Made by a program: the position numbers and the translations under genes | From: Botryllus schlosseri | Taxonomy: Eukaryota | DNA: 64,000 bases | Assembly: GCA_051294905.1 (NCBI GenBank) | Contig: CM119381.1 | Coordinates: 22,506,001 to 22,570,000, forward strand | Reading direction: 5' to 3' | Notes under the pieces: generated by a model | Told to the model about the DNA's origin: nothing | Databases searched by the model: none | What the model saw: the letters and a program-made list of their open reading frames with translations, nothing else | Shown: piece after piece, positions 48,851-60,989 of the stretch | How the letters are laid out: every line of letters starts with the position of its first letter | Position numbering within the stretch: position 1 is the stretch's first letter

Positions 48851-50835
48851 GCCGTGTGTCCGACGCGGAAGGCGAGGTCAATATATCAAATCGTGGTCCG
48901 GTAATCTCGGAGTTATGTTATCATTGGCCGTACGAGGGGTTAAATGCATTGATACATTTTACACCACTGACACATAAGAATTGTTACGTCCGTATTTTCT
49001 TATATACTGTATTTCGCATTGCCGCAAATTGTGCAGTAGTATCCGGAACTATACGCTTATATCATTGCAAGTTTCATTTGCTGCTTCGATGGAACGAGAA
49101 TAATTTACAAAAATGTCCACGGTCCAGTCAATATAAACCTACACGTCCTAAACCCAACCAAACCTTCTATATCCGGAATGATTCAAGTTATAGTTTTCTG
49201 GACGGCAAGCACCCGATGTCGAAAATTATGGGGCGTGGAGCAACAATGCGGTAGGGTGAGGGAGGGTAAATACGATATACATCCTTTAAACATGAGGTTG
49301 TGTGATAAATACAGTAGCTAAGGGTACAAGCGATTCGTAGTAACGTCATATTTTGCAGTTTCCTTCGTAGTATAATCATAATCATGCGAGGGGTGACATG
49401 ATATTGTAATTCAATTCAGAATCCCAAGCTCTTAGTACATCCGAATCCGAGCTATCGTGACCTTATCCGACCCATGACCCACGACCGATGACAGCTCTAA
49501 CTGGGACTAGGCTTTGCATAGATCCATTATGTCAACGAAGCCATTGCTCACGTGTGCACAATTCGATTTCGCTATCAATACATATCGGTGAGCCGAGGTC
49601 AAGTCGTAAGATATTACAATCGTAGTACGATTTTTATGGACCTGTTCTATGAGGTCCATTCTACAAACACTTTCGTTTCGCAAAGAGCAAGCTTGTCACT
49701 AGCTTGAAGCCTGATAACCGCTAGCTATATACGCGGATAAGTCGATGAAGCAGTGCACTTGCCTAATCAAGTGACCATTTTGCGCAGCAGCCTGACCTTT
49801 TGTAATGGGATCCAACACCGAAAACACTACGAGGTTTCCATCACCTACATTTCACTGCGGAGCGTAACATAAGAATCGAGACAAATCTTGACTTATCGTT
49901 ACAAATCTCTAGTAAAAGCCACTATCTATATATCTATACTAGCTTTCGTTCCTTATACTGAAATGCTACGATCTGACAGAGCCGAAAGGTTTCGAGTGTT
50001 TAACAAGCCTGTAGTATCCACTTGTAACATTCACGTTCACAAAACCCTAGTCGTGTTGGTCTCCAAAGCCTTTTTAGGCATAATACTGACGAAACGCCAT
50101 TCTGTTTGTTGTCACTTCTTTATTGAAATGTGAAGACAAGTTCAACGCCCTTCGAGGGAATTGAGAGCTAATAGCTGAATACGACGGCTGTTCCATTGTA
50201 TTTGGAGGGGAAATATGTCGATTACCACTCGAGGAAGACAGTGGCCGACGTTTATTCGCGAGAATTCATTAGCCCATACTTTTTTCCATCGATGAAAGCC
50301 ATTACAGGCGTCAACTTTACAGCCACCGACGACCAAAACATAGCAAGTCAGTTTTTTCTTCCCAACTCAAATATCTTCAGATTTGGCTGTTAAAAATATT
50401 GATTACTCGTGAAGAAGTAAGTATAGTAATGCGAACGTGGTAGTGATTGCGTCAAAAAAGTGCAGGATGTACGTACAGTACACGTACAATTGTACAGTAC
50501 ATTGTCTAATATCCACGCATGCGTATCGACTAAAACTCTATAACTTAGCACTAGGCTACATAACAACAACTGTCGGCCAGACGATCGGTAAAACGTTGTG
50601 AGCCCATTCTGGTGACATCACCATATGCTTCGGCACAGCTTTTGTTTCGAAACAGTTTGTGTTGGTGAGCGTTGGAATACAAAATGTTCCGAAACTGGGC
50701 CTATAAAGGATAACTTTAGTCTCGTTTCTTGTAGTCGAAATCTAGTAGGTATTCCTGTGTATGATTTCTGTTCGCGTTTGGTTTTAGATCCCCTATTTGC
50801 CGACTTGCAGAACAGTCCACTGTAGTTGTATATAT

Positions 50836-53800
50836 TTATTCAAAAGTGTGCTTGCGAGTGGCGATGGGGAGAGTGGTGCGCAAAGGTGGTGGTGGACCTG
50901 GATTACGTCATCTAGCGGAATACTGAGAAAGGAGTGAATACAGTTACTGTGTGCTGTTTCTTACAAGAATTGATGACATGACGTCAAGCTTTGGGCGTAA
51001 TTTACGATCGATTGTTTTGAGAATTGACATAAGTCAACAATTGAACATCATCCTCTCACTCATAAGCTGTTGTAATGGTAACCTGATAATTTCTTGTCTT
51101 TCAATCGGCTATTGTAGTGTAGCCGCACGGCAATTAAAGCTGCAACAATCACGCAAACAAATGCAATTGCGGCAGTCACTAGAGTGCGTCGCAATTGATT
51201 TCTTGCCACATCTGAAACGCAAAACGAATACCGCTTTCCGTTATGACATAACTTCTTCCATGTCTAACCTCCCCTCCATTCAACAACATCCGTCAACGCA
51301 AAGCAATCTTCAGATCCGCACAAGACAATACGTGCCTTCATCTGTTGGTCAGCATTAGCTTCTCGAACGTGGATATCCCCAGACCGGGCTTTCAGACACG
51401 ACGATACTCTCTCCCAATATCTGTGGAATGAGTGATATGTGCCTGGTTCGGGGCCTACGATAGCTTATTGCATGCCCCGGTCAAAATTGAACAAGGGCGG
51501 GAAACACATCATACCGCTTGATTCAGAAATTTGGAGGAGCAATCGCGTCTTTCGCTGTACTCACTGTTCAAATTAACAGTCTCATGATGCTTTACCATTA
51601 TACCTATGAAATGACAGGGTTGTCACCAAGTCGCAACGTTACGAGTCACAAGTCAATCTCACTTTTATAGTTTTGACTCGAGTCAAGTCGAGTCATTTTC
51701 AATTCACCACCGAGTCAAGTCAGAGTTCAAGTCACGGAGTAGAATGTCGAGTCGGAGTCATAGAGTTTTGACTCGAGTCCGAGTCCAAGTCATCGTGTTG
51801 ACTGTTCAGTTCTGAGTTAATGTCATGTGAAACCCCCTTTTTTCAACTCTGCTCAGTGATATCGAATGCTGCGCATTCATAATATACTAATTTTCCCCAC
51901 TTTTAACAGTTTCAGCTAGCATTTTCAAGAAACAGTACTGATTGATGAAATAATAATAGCGTGATAACATTACTATTCTTCGAAATTGCAATGAAATCCC
52001 TGTCTTGGTAGACCCAGTCTCGAGTCATATGACTTGGTCCGAGTCATGCGCAATGACTCGAGTACAATTCGAGTCACTACACAAATTGACTCGAGTCAAG
52101 TCGAGTCAATTTTCATTTCTAAGAAAATGACTCGAGTCAAATCGAGTCACCAAAAAATCGCGACTCGAGTCATTACAACCCTGTGAAATGAGATACGCTT
52201 TAAATACTTACCCTTTTGTCATCAATTCCAGGAGCATGCATCTATCTTGGGCGATATGAACATTTGACCCCAGAGCCCAGTACAGTTTACTTCCATCACC
52301 CGTAAGCGTTACGTCATATCGTGAAGCGTTCGCCTTTTGAATTTCCTTCATCTTAGTGGCCTCTGTCTGGGTGGATTCTTCGTGCATCTCCGCTGGAGAG
52401 GCTTGAACGATAAGATGTTGGGAATGCAAATAGTTGATAAGTAGGTGTGGGCGAAGGTAATCACATTTTTAGTAATAAGCTTATTAAATTTAAAGGTGCA
52501 TGGGTAGCGGAACATTTTCAAATCGGAAAATCGGTCGAGACCATAAAAAGGTTGAAACCACTGTTTTAGATTTAGCCTTTGACGCGGCCGTGGGGCATAC
52601 ACGGGCGCGACGAACGAATGGACAGTTGAACATGAACAGTTGAACACAGATGATAGGTGACTTGCAGGGAATTGTTGGATGGTGAGTGACTGATTTCGTT
52701 ACCATACAGTCGCGATAATGACAGTATTAAAAATTGCAGAACAAAATTTACTCCCCAACTGTTTGTGTCATCATATACAGTCAGTAAAAGCACAATTCAG
52801 AGGTATTGCCATGATTGAGTTTCGCATTAACGCTCACCGGTGCGAGGGGTCAGAATCTCTATCAAAATCGGCGTCGACTTTCTACCAGCTCCAGCTGCAT
52901 TCTCGGCGAAAACAGATACTATGTACGCATGTCCGCTTTGTAAGTTCCGCACGTTGCACGATTCGATCTGTCTGCAGTTATGCACCCACTGTTTTCCACT
53001 TTTCACTTCTTTCACGTGCGCATAAGCGGTGATTGATTGTAAACTCTTGAAGCCGCCATTGGCTTCTAGCTTCCAGCCAATCTTAACGCTATCTTCCGAT
53101 TTCTTCAGCACAGTCAAGTCAGAAGGTGGCGCGATACGTTCTAATAAAGGACAGCATATATGTATAATGTACATTGTATATATGTACGTTAGGGCTCTTC
53201 AAAAATGACTTTTTTTCTCAAATCGTACTGGCTACTTGATAAAATGGTTAGGTTACCTTATTTAAGCCTACACACAAAATTTGGTTCAATTCCAGCCAGT
53301 AACCGCTTTGCTACATGAGAAGAAAGTTTCTATTTATTATATAAAAATAAACAATAAAAAATTTGAAAATTTTCCGTTCACCCCATGAAAGTGTTAGGCT
53401 GTGTATAGAAACGATGCTCACCAAATTTGGTTCAATTCCAACCAGTGGAAGCGGAGTTATTGCCGTCGAAAAATTTGGATTTGAATAAAATAGTATTTAC
53501 GGTGACCGATTCTTTGTTTATTTATTATCTTCGTGATCACCGTAAATACTATTTTATTAAAATCCAAATTTTTCCACGGCAATAACTCCGCTTCCACTGG
53601 TTGGAATTGAACCAAATTTGGTGAACATCGTTTCTATACACAGCCTAACACTTTCATGGGGTGAACAGAAAATTTTCAAATTTTTCATTATTGATTTTTA
53701 TATAATTAAATAGAAACTTTCCTCTCATGTAGCAAAGCGGTTACTGGCTGGAATTGAACCAAATTTTGTGTGTAGGCTTAAATTAGGTAACCTAACAATT

Positions 53801-56800
53801 TTATCAAATAGCCAGTACGATTTGAGAAAAAAAGTCATTTTTGAAGAGCCCTAATGTAGGTACATTGCACATGTACTACTATCGGCTAAACGCACCGAGG
53901 AAGGTCATTTCGAATGTTTCAGATGCGACTCCGTGGATATTAGCTGCTGTACATTTGAACCCTGTGACATTTTCTTCTTTAGCGGGACACATCTAAAAGA
54001 GTTTTTACGTCCGTATATCATATATAATACCCTCGTCAGTCATCGCTCATCGGCGACTATACCAGTTTCAGCGTGCTCTTCAAAGTAAATTCGTCAACAT
54101 ATTCGTTCACGATTTTAGTTTTGTTTAGTAGATATCGGAGCCGTTTCCATGCTGGCGTTTCGTCATCTACGTAAGCCCATTCCAAAGTCGGTTTGGGATT
54201 TGCGTGTACGACGCAGTGGAACGCGATTGGTATTCCGGGGAGCATTATGGTATCGGTGAAGTTCTTCCAAATCTTCGGCGAATCTGAACAAGAAAGAGGC
54301 TTGAATTAGCAGTAGATGGACTGGACACCACATCAACCCCCATATACTGTTACTATGGTTGCATTTAAGACAAATGGTGTTTTGAACCTTTTTTTAAATC
54401 AAAAGTTGCATAATTATGCCATAAATTGTGTAAATGCTTTCGGAAAAACATGTAGTTTGAGCCTACAGACAATTTTCACGAGATATAGTCGAGATGGAAT
54501 GGACGGAATCCTCGTATTCGTTGTCGGTTGAACAGATATAGCACGTATAGTTAAATAACATTCGTACGGAATGGATGTTCCGATGATTGAGTTCGCCGAC
54601 CGTAAAAATGCTACATACCGATATAGTTGATCAAAGATAATTTTGGGTCAGTTTAAGTATAGATAACTAACCTACGGATAGATACGCAACACCCGTCGTC
54701 ACGCTTGCTTGCTCGGAGGAAATTACTGCTCAGCAATCTGAACGCAATGTAATTGCCAATCCCAAAGCTGACGACCCGAGCGCTCAAATAGGATGAAGTT
54801 GATCTTATTTGAAAGCTACTGTCGCACTGATTCCGAAAATAAACATTAAAATCTGATCAGGGCAACAAAAACCCCTCGAAATACACTCAAAGTGTGAAAA
54901 TCGGCATTGTTCTGGACAATTGCAGCCACGCAAGGGCCATTGTTTTGGTCATTGTTCTGCGTCGCTCCAATTCTTGAAACAATGCCGATTTTCAGACTTT
55001 GAAGGCTAGTGCGGGCTGGTTCCATTGCCTTGATGAATGTTTATTGCATATTTTTAGATTCAGCGTGGCAGTAGCTTTCAAATAAGATCAACTTCATTTA
55101 ATTTGAGCGGTCGGATCGTCAGCTATGCGATTGGCAATTACGTTGCGTTCGGATTGCTGAGAAATAACTCCCTCCGGGCAAACAAGCGTGACGGGTGTTT
55201 CGTATCTATCCGTAGGTTAGTTATCTATATTTTAAGACAAGGGTCGGGAACCTTTTTTGCCAAACAAGGCATAGTTACCGCTATATTTTCAATTGTCTAT
55301 TCCGATCGACTGTGACGTGACAATTAAGGATTTGTGACGCTACAAAATAAGCATAAAACACTAAATGACATGTTTGAAACAAGGGCCATGTGCCCATGTC
55401 TAAAACATATTTGTTTTAAATTTTACAAACAAACAATTTATTATCATCATTAATTGTAACAAATAAGACGACCCCTTGTCACCGCTGGCAGCGATGAGGA
55501 TTCAGTTTGGCCGTTTTTATTATCGAATGACATATACGTAAGCCTGCACTATCACACGAAAAAAGTTCGTGACAGGCAAAGAAAAATTAGATAAATAATA
55601 AGGAATTTAGATACTGTAAATGCTGTAATTGTTATGTTAGTAATACTTTGCTCATATCATGACCTGGTGCTCAATAGTTTATCATACCACATACAGTACA
55701 TAGCCTGTAAGTGCTGAGTGGCTTCTTTTGAAAGGCTGAGCATAGTGAGCATTCAGTCTTGATTGGCCGGAGTACATGGGAAACAAATAGGATTTTCACA
55801 GTCGAATGTGGGGCAATGATCTTGTCATGATCGATTTGTTTATCAAGGATATTATAAAGTACCGAGGTCAAATTTATAAGCAACTCCACACTCCACAGGG
55901 GCTAGCGAAAAATACCTCATTTCTAAGAATCTCTCGTATAGATCATATTGTAATTATAACCGAAGTATGGATATTGGATAGTTTCGGTGCTTGATAACAA
56001 GCCTCATATATCTTGCGTTGTGAAGGTGGTGATGTTACGGTTTTCCCTTCGACTCCATCAGACGTAACTGTATGGACCGTGTATGATAATTTGATCACAT
56101 ACATTGTACGTATAGCGTCGTTTCTAGGAAACTCATTCCCAATTTGTTGCTTGCTTGGCATCTGTAGAATCCCTCGTGGCGGCGCTTAACGCGGTGAATT
56201 AGAAGTGATGAACCGTGTTTCGTTGTGCGAATGCTGTGAAGTGAATCCTGAGTCAATGATGAGATACTTTTGCTGCTTCGAAACCTGTTGATTAGCGGGA
56301 AAAGTTTGTCAACTGGAGCTTCTGAAATGTGACATCTTACAACTTACCACCGATATTTGGCTCTTGGAAAGCCATCAGCGCTGCAGTTTAGTTGAAAATA
56401 ATCGTCCTCTAATACCACATATTCCTCGTTGAATGCATATGTGAACTGAGGTTGGTCTGTAATGAGATACGGCTCAATCGAATGAATAAATTATGACCGG
56501 TCTGAAATGAAGTGATCGTAAGTATAGGACTAACTACCTGACTGAATTAGTTACTAACATCGTGGATCATTACATGTAGGGTTGCATTTAAAACAAAAAT
56601 CAATTTAAAACAAGCATGTTTGAAACAAGGCCCTTGTTTAAAACATGTTTTTATTGTTGTTGTTTTTAAGCATGACGTCACGAATATTCAATTGTGACGT
56701 CATAGTGGATTGGCATTGACAATTGAATATATAGGGTAAATATAGCTCCTTTGACGAAATATCTACGTACTATAGCTGTTGAACCGACTATTTTGAAGGT

Positions 56801-59800
56801 TTCAACCAGCCCATTCGTAAACGTCGGCTATATCGGGTGGTAATCGTCCGTAGGCTCATACAAGATATGTTTTGGAAAGTATTTACACAATTCTGGCATA
56901 ATTATACAACTTTAAAAAAGTATTATTTTTTAAAAGGCCTTTGTTTAAAACGTTGTTCAAAACATCTTTTTAGCAAAGTGTTTTAAACAGGCAGTTGTTT
57001 CAAATGGAACCCTAATTACATGACGTGTATCATTGCCGGTCATCATGTTCAATCTGACCTGGCAGGATTTTTAAATATGTATCACCCTTATTATTCGGGA
57101 TCTATCTAGCCCGGGGATAAATTCGAATCCAGCTCTCTAACATACATCAAGTGATTACATATGTAATTTAATTGCTGGAATTGATCACAATTGCCCCCAT
57201 CGGTAGATTACAGCGCTACAATATTCAATACTGCTTGTTGAAACCCTTCACTTCTGGTATAATGGAAATCCGATATCCCAAATCTTGCCGCTCAATAAGC
57301 AAATGTCTAAATGCAAAAGTACGAAGTGACCATACCAAACGTGTATATTGGCCAGCAAGTAAACGCATGATTTTATATAATTGAAATATCTATGGTCGCA
57401 CTGTTGTCGCACTGTCCAACAGATCCCCTGCAGACACGAGAGAAACCGGAATTGCGGCTTAAACCGAATTCCAACGTCCGGATTTCCAATTAAATATCTT
57501 GTATTCATCACAACGCATATGCAGGCCTAATGCCAGATTACATCTAAATTATTGGGATCATAGAATATGTTAACCTATATCGTCGTTAACGCCATTTTTT
57601 AGCGGTTCTTAACTGTATTCAACCAGACAATTATCGTATTTTCTGCCAATTCCAGTGTTTGCGAATGAAAGTGTTGAAATTTGCTACTTTAAAAACCCTA
57701 TTGTCCGTGTATTATCATCTATATATGCTTTTAATTTAAAGTATTCGAGTGAAAAGCAAAAACGCGAGGTAACATTTTGGAATCAATTGACTGGTTACCG
57801 GCTCGCGAGTGATTTGAAGGTTTGAATCTGGCCCGCGACGCAATTTGAGTTTGACACCCCTGCTGTAAAGTAAAGGCACAAACTTCACGCGATACTAGCC
57901 GTATAACGAAACAATCAATCATCGCCATGACCATATTGATTGATTGATATTCATAGTTTTGCACTCTCGAGAAAGTTGGCCGTATCGAATGGGCTTACAA
58001 TTATTCTAATAACTAAATCGGATTACGATGCACTTATGTCAATCCATAGATTTATTCTATCCGGATTTGAGGGTAGCATACCTCTTGTCAATAGATGATT
58101 TCACGGATTATTGTAAATACTTTAGTATTGTTATTATGATTACAATTTAAATATCGTCCGTGAAATTGTGCATTTGCGCATCCACGCGAAGCTTACATTC
58201 TACGAATATTTCCGTAATTGCTTGCACACTTCCAATGTCATTTGCGGCGATGCAAATATATGATCCTGTGTCCAGCCTCGTGACGTTTGGGAAAATCCAC
58301 GTCCCACCGACAGTAGACGAATGACTCAGTCTAGAATGATTTCTGTTTCTGTTGACTTTTATCCAATGATGAACTGGCGGAGGCTGACCTTCGGCCTCAC
58401 AGGGCAGAAAGAGTGATTCGTGCTCGGGTATCGAATAATTTTGTTGCGGATGTTTTAACAATCGCGGAGGATCTGAAGATACAGAATAATGTCGGTGTCG
58501 TTGTATGCAATATTTGAATTTTTCGAGCACACTTACATTGCACTGCGATTTCGATTGTCACCGCGTCGGGTTGACCGACATTGTTAGTAGCGGAACACCT
58601 GATTATACCGGAGTCGTTTCTCGTTATGTTTTGTATCATAATGTGCCCACGAGCCATGTGTTTCCTATTAGGTATGTAAAACAAAGCAATATGTTAAGCA
58701 TTATATCGCAAGTAAGACTGTCTGATTACCATGCAATAAGTAGGCTACCGCCACGACTTGCGCCAAAGTCGTTGAATATGAATAATGGTAAATTGCTCAT
58801 TGAACAAATGAACACGAGTCAACCCAAACCTGTTGCGACAGTGACGGTGAGGAGTTGAATAGGCTATGTATCCTTAGTCTCTAATTAAAGTTAAAATTCA
58901 TGTTGCGGTAATTGGTACAGCACGATATTTGGTGTACGAAACGATTGAATTCATGCTGATATTTACTCCTAAGTACGGAGCGGAATTACATTATTTTTGT
59001 AGTATCATGCCCTACTGTACTGATTTAGTAGCTTTTTATTCGACTTTGAAAAGATCGACCAGAACTATAATCCATGCAGTCGCGTTGCTTGATCAGCATA
59101 TAAAAATGACACAGACACAAATATATATACCTAAAGATTAAGCTTCGATTAACTGCATCATTACCATCTGGTCTTTTCAATGGATAAATTTCCGATCAAC
59201 CACGAGTATGACACGTTCGGAGGTATGCCGAAACCGTTGGCGGTGAAATTGAAATCATTGCCTTCCACCACGACATATTTGAATGAGGCGGAGTCGATTT
59301 CGATACTACGCATGAATCTGAATGGCCCTGTAAAATACGTGAAAGCATTAGTCGGATTTTTTTAAATCTATGTTGTGGGTAAATGGTTAGAAACCGTCAC
59401 CTTCTTTTCCATTCACGACTTACTTTTAACCCATATTTCGTGTGTGCTTTTTGTTGAACCTACAGCATTCGACGAGATGCACGAGTAATTCCCTTGCTTA
59501 GTGGAGTCTACATCTGAACAGAACGGGGTCACTATACTTAGTTATTTGAAGAGCTTCTTTGAGGTACAGAACTTCAATATACGATTGAATAGTATAGTGT
59601 CAGCACAAAATATTCGGGTTCAATTCAATGTGAATATACTATTCAGTTACTTGGTTATTCCAATATAAATGAACATCCTGCATGCTACGTACTTGCGACT
59701 GTGAGAGCAGAATCAATGCTTGAATACACCGTTTTCAAACCCAACGCTTTATCGCTCCCGATTCTGATTCCATCTTTTGACCTTATGGAACCTCTCGTCA

Positions 59801-60572
59801 GATGTACGGGTCGTTTATATCTATACGTGAGCTTGAGCAACTAACCAGATGTACTCGATGTTATCCGGACTCCCTTTCGCTGCGCAGCGTATCGTAACTG
59901 TGTCTCCGACATCGACGAGAGTTTTAGTGGAGGTGAGGGATAGCATTTCTGGAGCGTCTGAATCGAAATTACTACACGCACTGCAGGAAATCAGGATGTG
60001 ACTTGACCAGAAAGGTTGGCAAGCTTACACAAAACTGTAATCTTCGTAATGATATTGCTTTGGGTGAATTGTGGCAACGAGGTAATCTGACATTTGTAAG
60101 TTCCAGTGTCCGCTCGGGAAATGCTTTCAAACGTAAGCGAGCCGTTTCCCTTTTCGTCAGAGACGGACAGATTGCTCTTGATATACTCATCCGTGAAACC
60201 GGTCTTAGAACGACAACATCTAAATCCAACCTTCATCGCCAAAATATACATATTGAGAATTTGCCTACCAGGGAATTGAATATGATTTTCACATTTGTAG
60301 AGGACCCAACAAATTTTTGCCACAAAACCACGTAACTGTTAGCTGCCTCATTCTGCCGATAATAGCATGGAATTGTAGCGGCGCCTCCCTCGAGTGCAGT
60401 CATGGCGACAGTTGCCGAACACCGTGTTGGATGAATAGCTAGCGCTGGAGAAGGCAAACATATCTCGATTGACTTAGGCTATTATAACATAATTTGCATC
60501 AACAGAACTATATCGAAAATAGCGCTCACCAGAATAGACCACGATACTTGCCAAGGTCAACATTTCTTTCAT
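50836..60572 (-). CDS. Type-I IgSF cell-surface protein: signal, V-set Ig, 5 I/C2-type Ig, FN3, degenerate FN3-like, TM, short tail (~890-900 aa)
   Basis: Exons 60572-60530, 60444-60269, 60203-60029, 59957-59846, 59781-59693, 59513-59424, 59327-59165, 58664-58537, 58472-58197, 56456-56348, 56284-56103, 54283-54063, 53992-53896, 53140-52838, 52401-52212, 51420-51269, then 51211-51083 plus 50897-50836, or 51211-51060 by read-through. Motifs DTGTYKC, QGNYSC, DTGSYIC, EGFYRC; FN3 W...LQSGHAYIVSVFAENAAG; TM TLVTAAIAFVCVIVAALIAV. Confidence 0.9.
51615..52183. mobile_element. MITE family C (569 bp)
   Basis: TIR CAGGGTTGT / ACAACCCTG, perfect TSD TGAAATGA. Confidence 0.93.
53190..53853. mobile_element. 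Fold-back element: 664-bp near-perfect palindrome
   Basis: Arms of ~315 bp from TAGGGCTCTTCAAAAATGAC to GTATTTACGGTGA, ~30-bp loop; TSD ATGTACGT / ATGTAGGT. Confidence 0.92.
54354..55430. mobile_element. MITE family A (reverse orientation), interrupted by the 54658-55229 fold-back
   Basis: Starts TATGGTTGCATTTAAGACAAATGGTG like 30078; family sequence resumes after ~55310; far end decayed. Confidence 0.7.
54658..55229. mobile_element. Fold-back element (~570 bp), related to 60990-61953
   Basis: TATAGATAACTAACCTACGGATAG ... CTATCCGTAGGTTAGTTATCTATA; core AATCGGCATTGTT...AACAATGCCGATT shared with the 61-kb element. Confidence 0.85.
56577..57014. mobile_element. MITE family A (438 bp, internally deleted)
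   Basis: TAGGGTTGCATTT...AAATGGAACCCTA, perfect TSD ATTACATG. Confidence 0.93.
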
Positions 60573-60989
60573 GTGGTAATCGTTTCATGTAGTATTCAGC
60601 ACAAAGGTACGAACAATACGGCCAGTATAACTGACGCGTGTGCAAATAGCCGACTCAGGACCATTACCACTCGCTGCCAAATGGTACATTTACATCCAGC
60701 TCGATGAAAGGTACCAACTTCATCCCGCTTAGGACTAATCGCACATTAGGATCAATAAAGTATGAAATCCCTTGAATCAATTCAGCTGATCTGGGAATGA
60801 GTTTACATTTAACTGACTTGCGATTGATTGATCTACGGAATTAAAGCCATCAAGAACAAAAATATGAATTTGAACAGTTCTGCTTTTCTGTATATGTTTC
60901 ATACAAACTGTAGGGTGTAAGTGTGCTATATTCTTCGATAAAATTCATTAAACACTTACACAATTACTGAATTGGAGGAAGAGTTGAAC

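Noticed and set aside
48844-50400. ORFs 48844-49254, 50142-50336 and 50196-50393
   Set aside because: No recognisable motifs or exon chain; probably intergenic, 3'UTR or decayed repeat.
55943-56102. Extra exon SYTVHTVTSDGVEGK...
   Set aside because: It would need a 35-nt intron and runs into a stop; treated as intronic read-through.
60204-60268. 38-nt intron version of the Ig V domain (adding VGFRCCRSK)
   Set aside because: The 65-nt intron fits the local size class and avoids an odd CC insertion.
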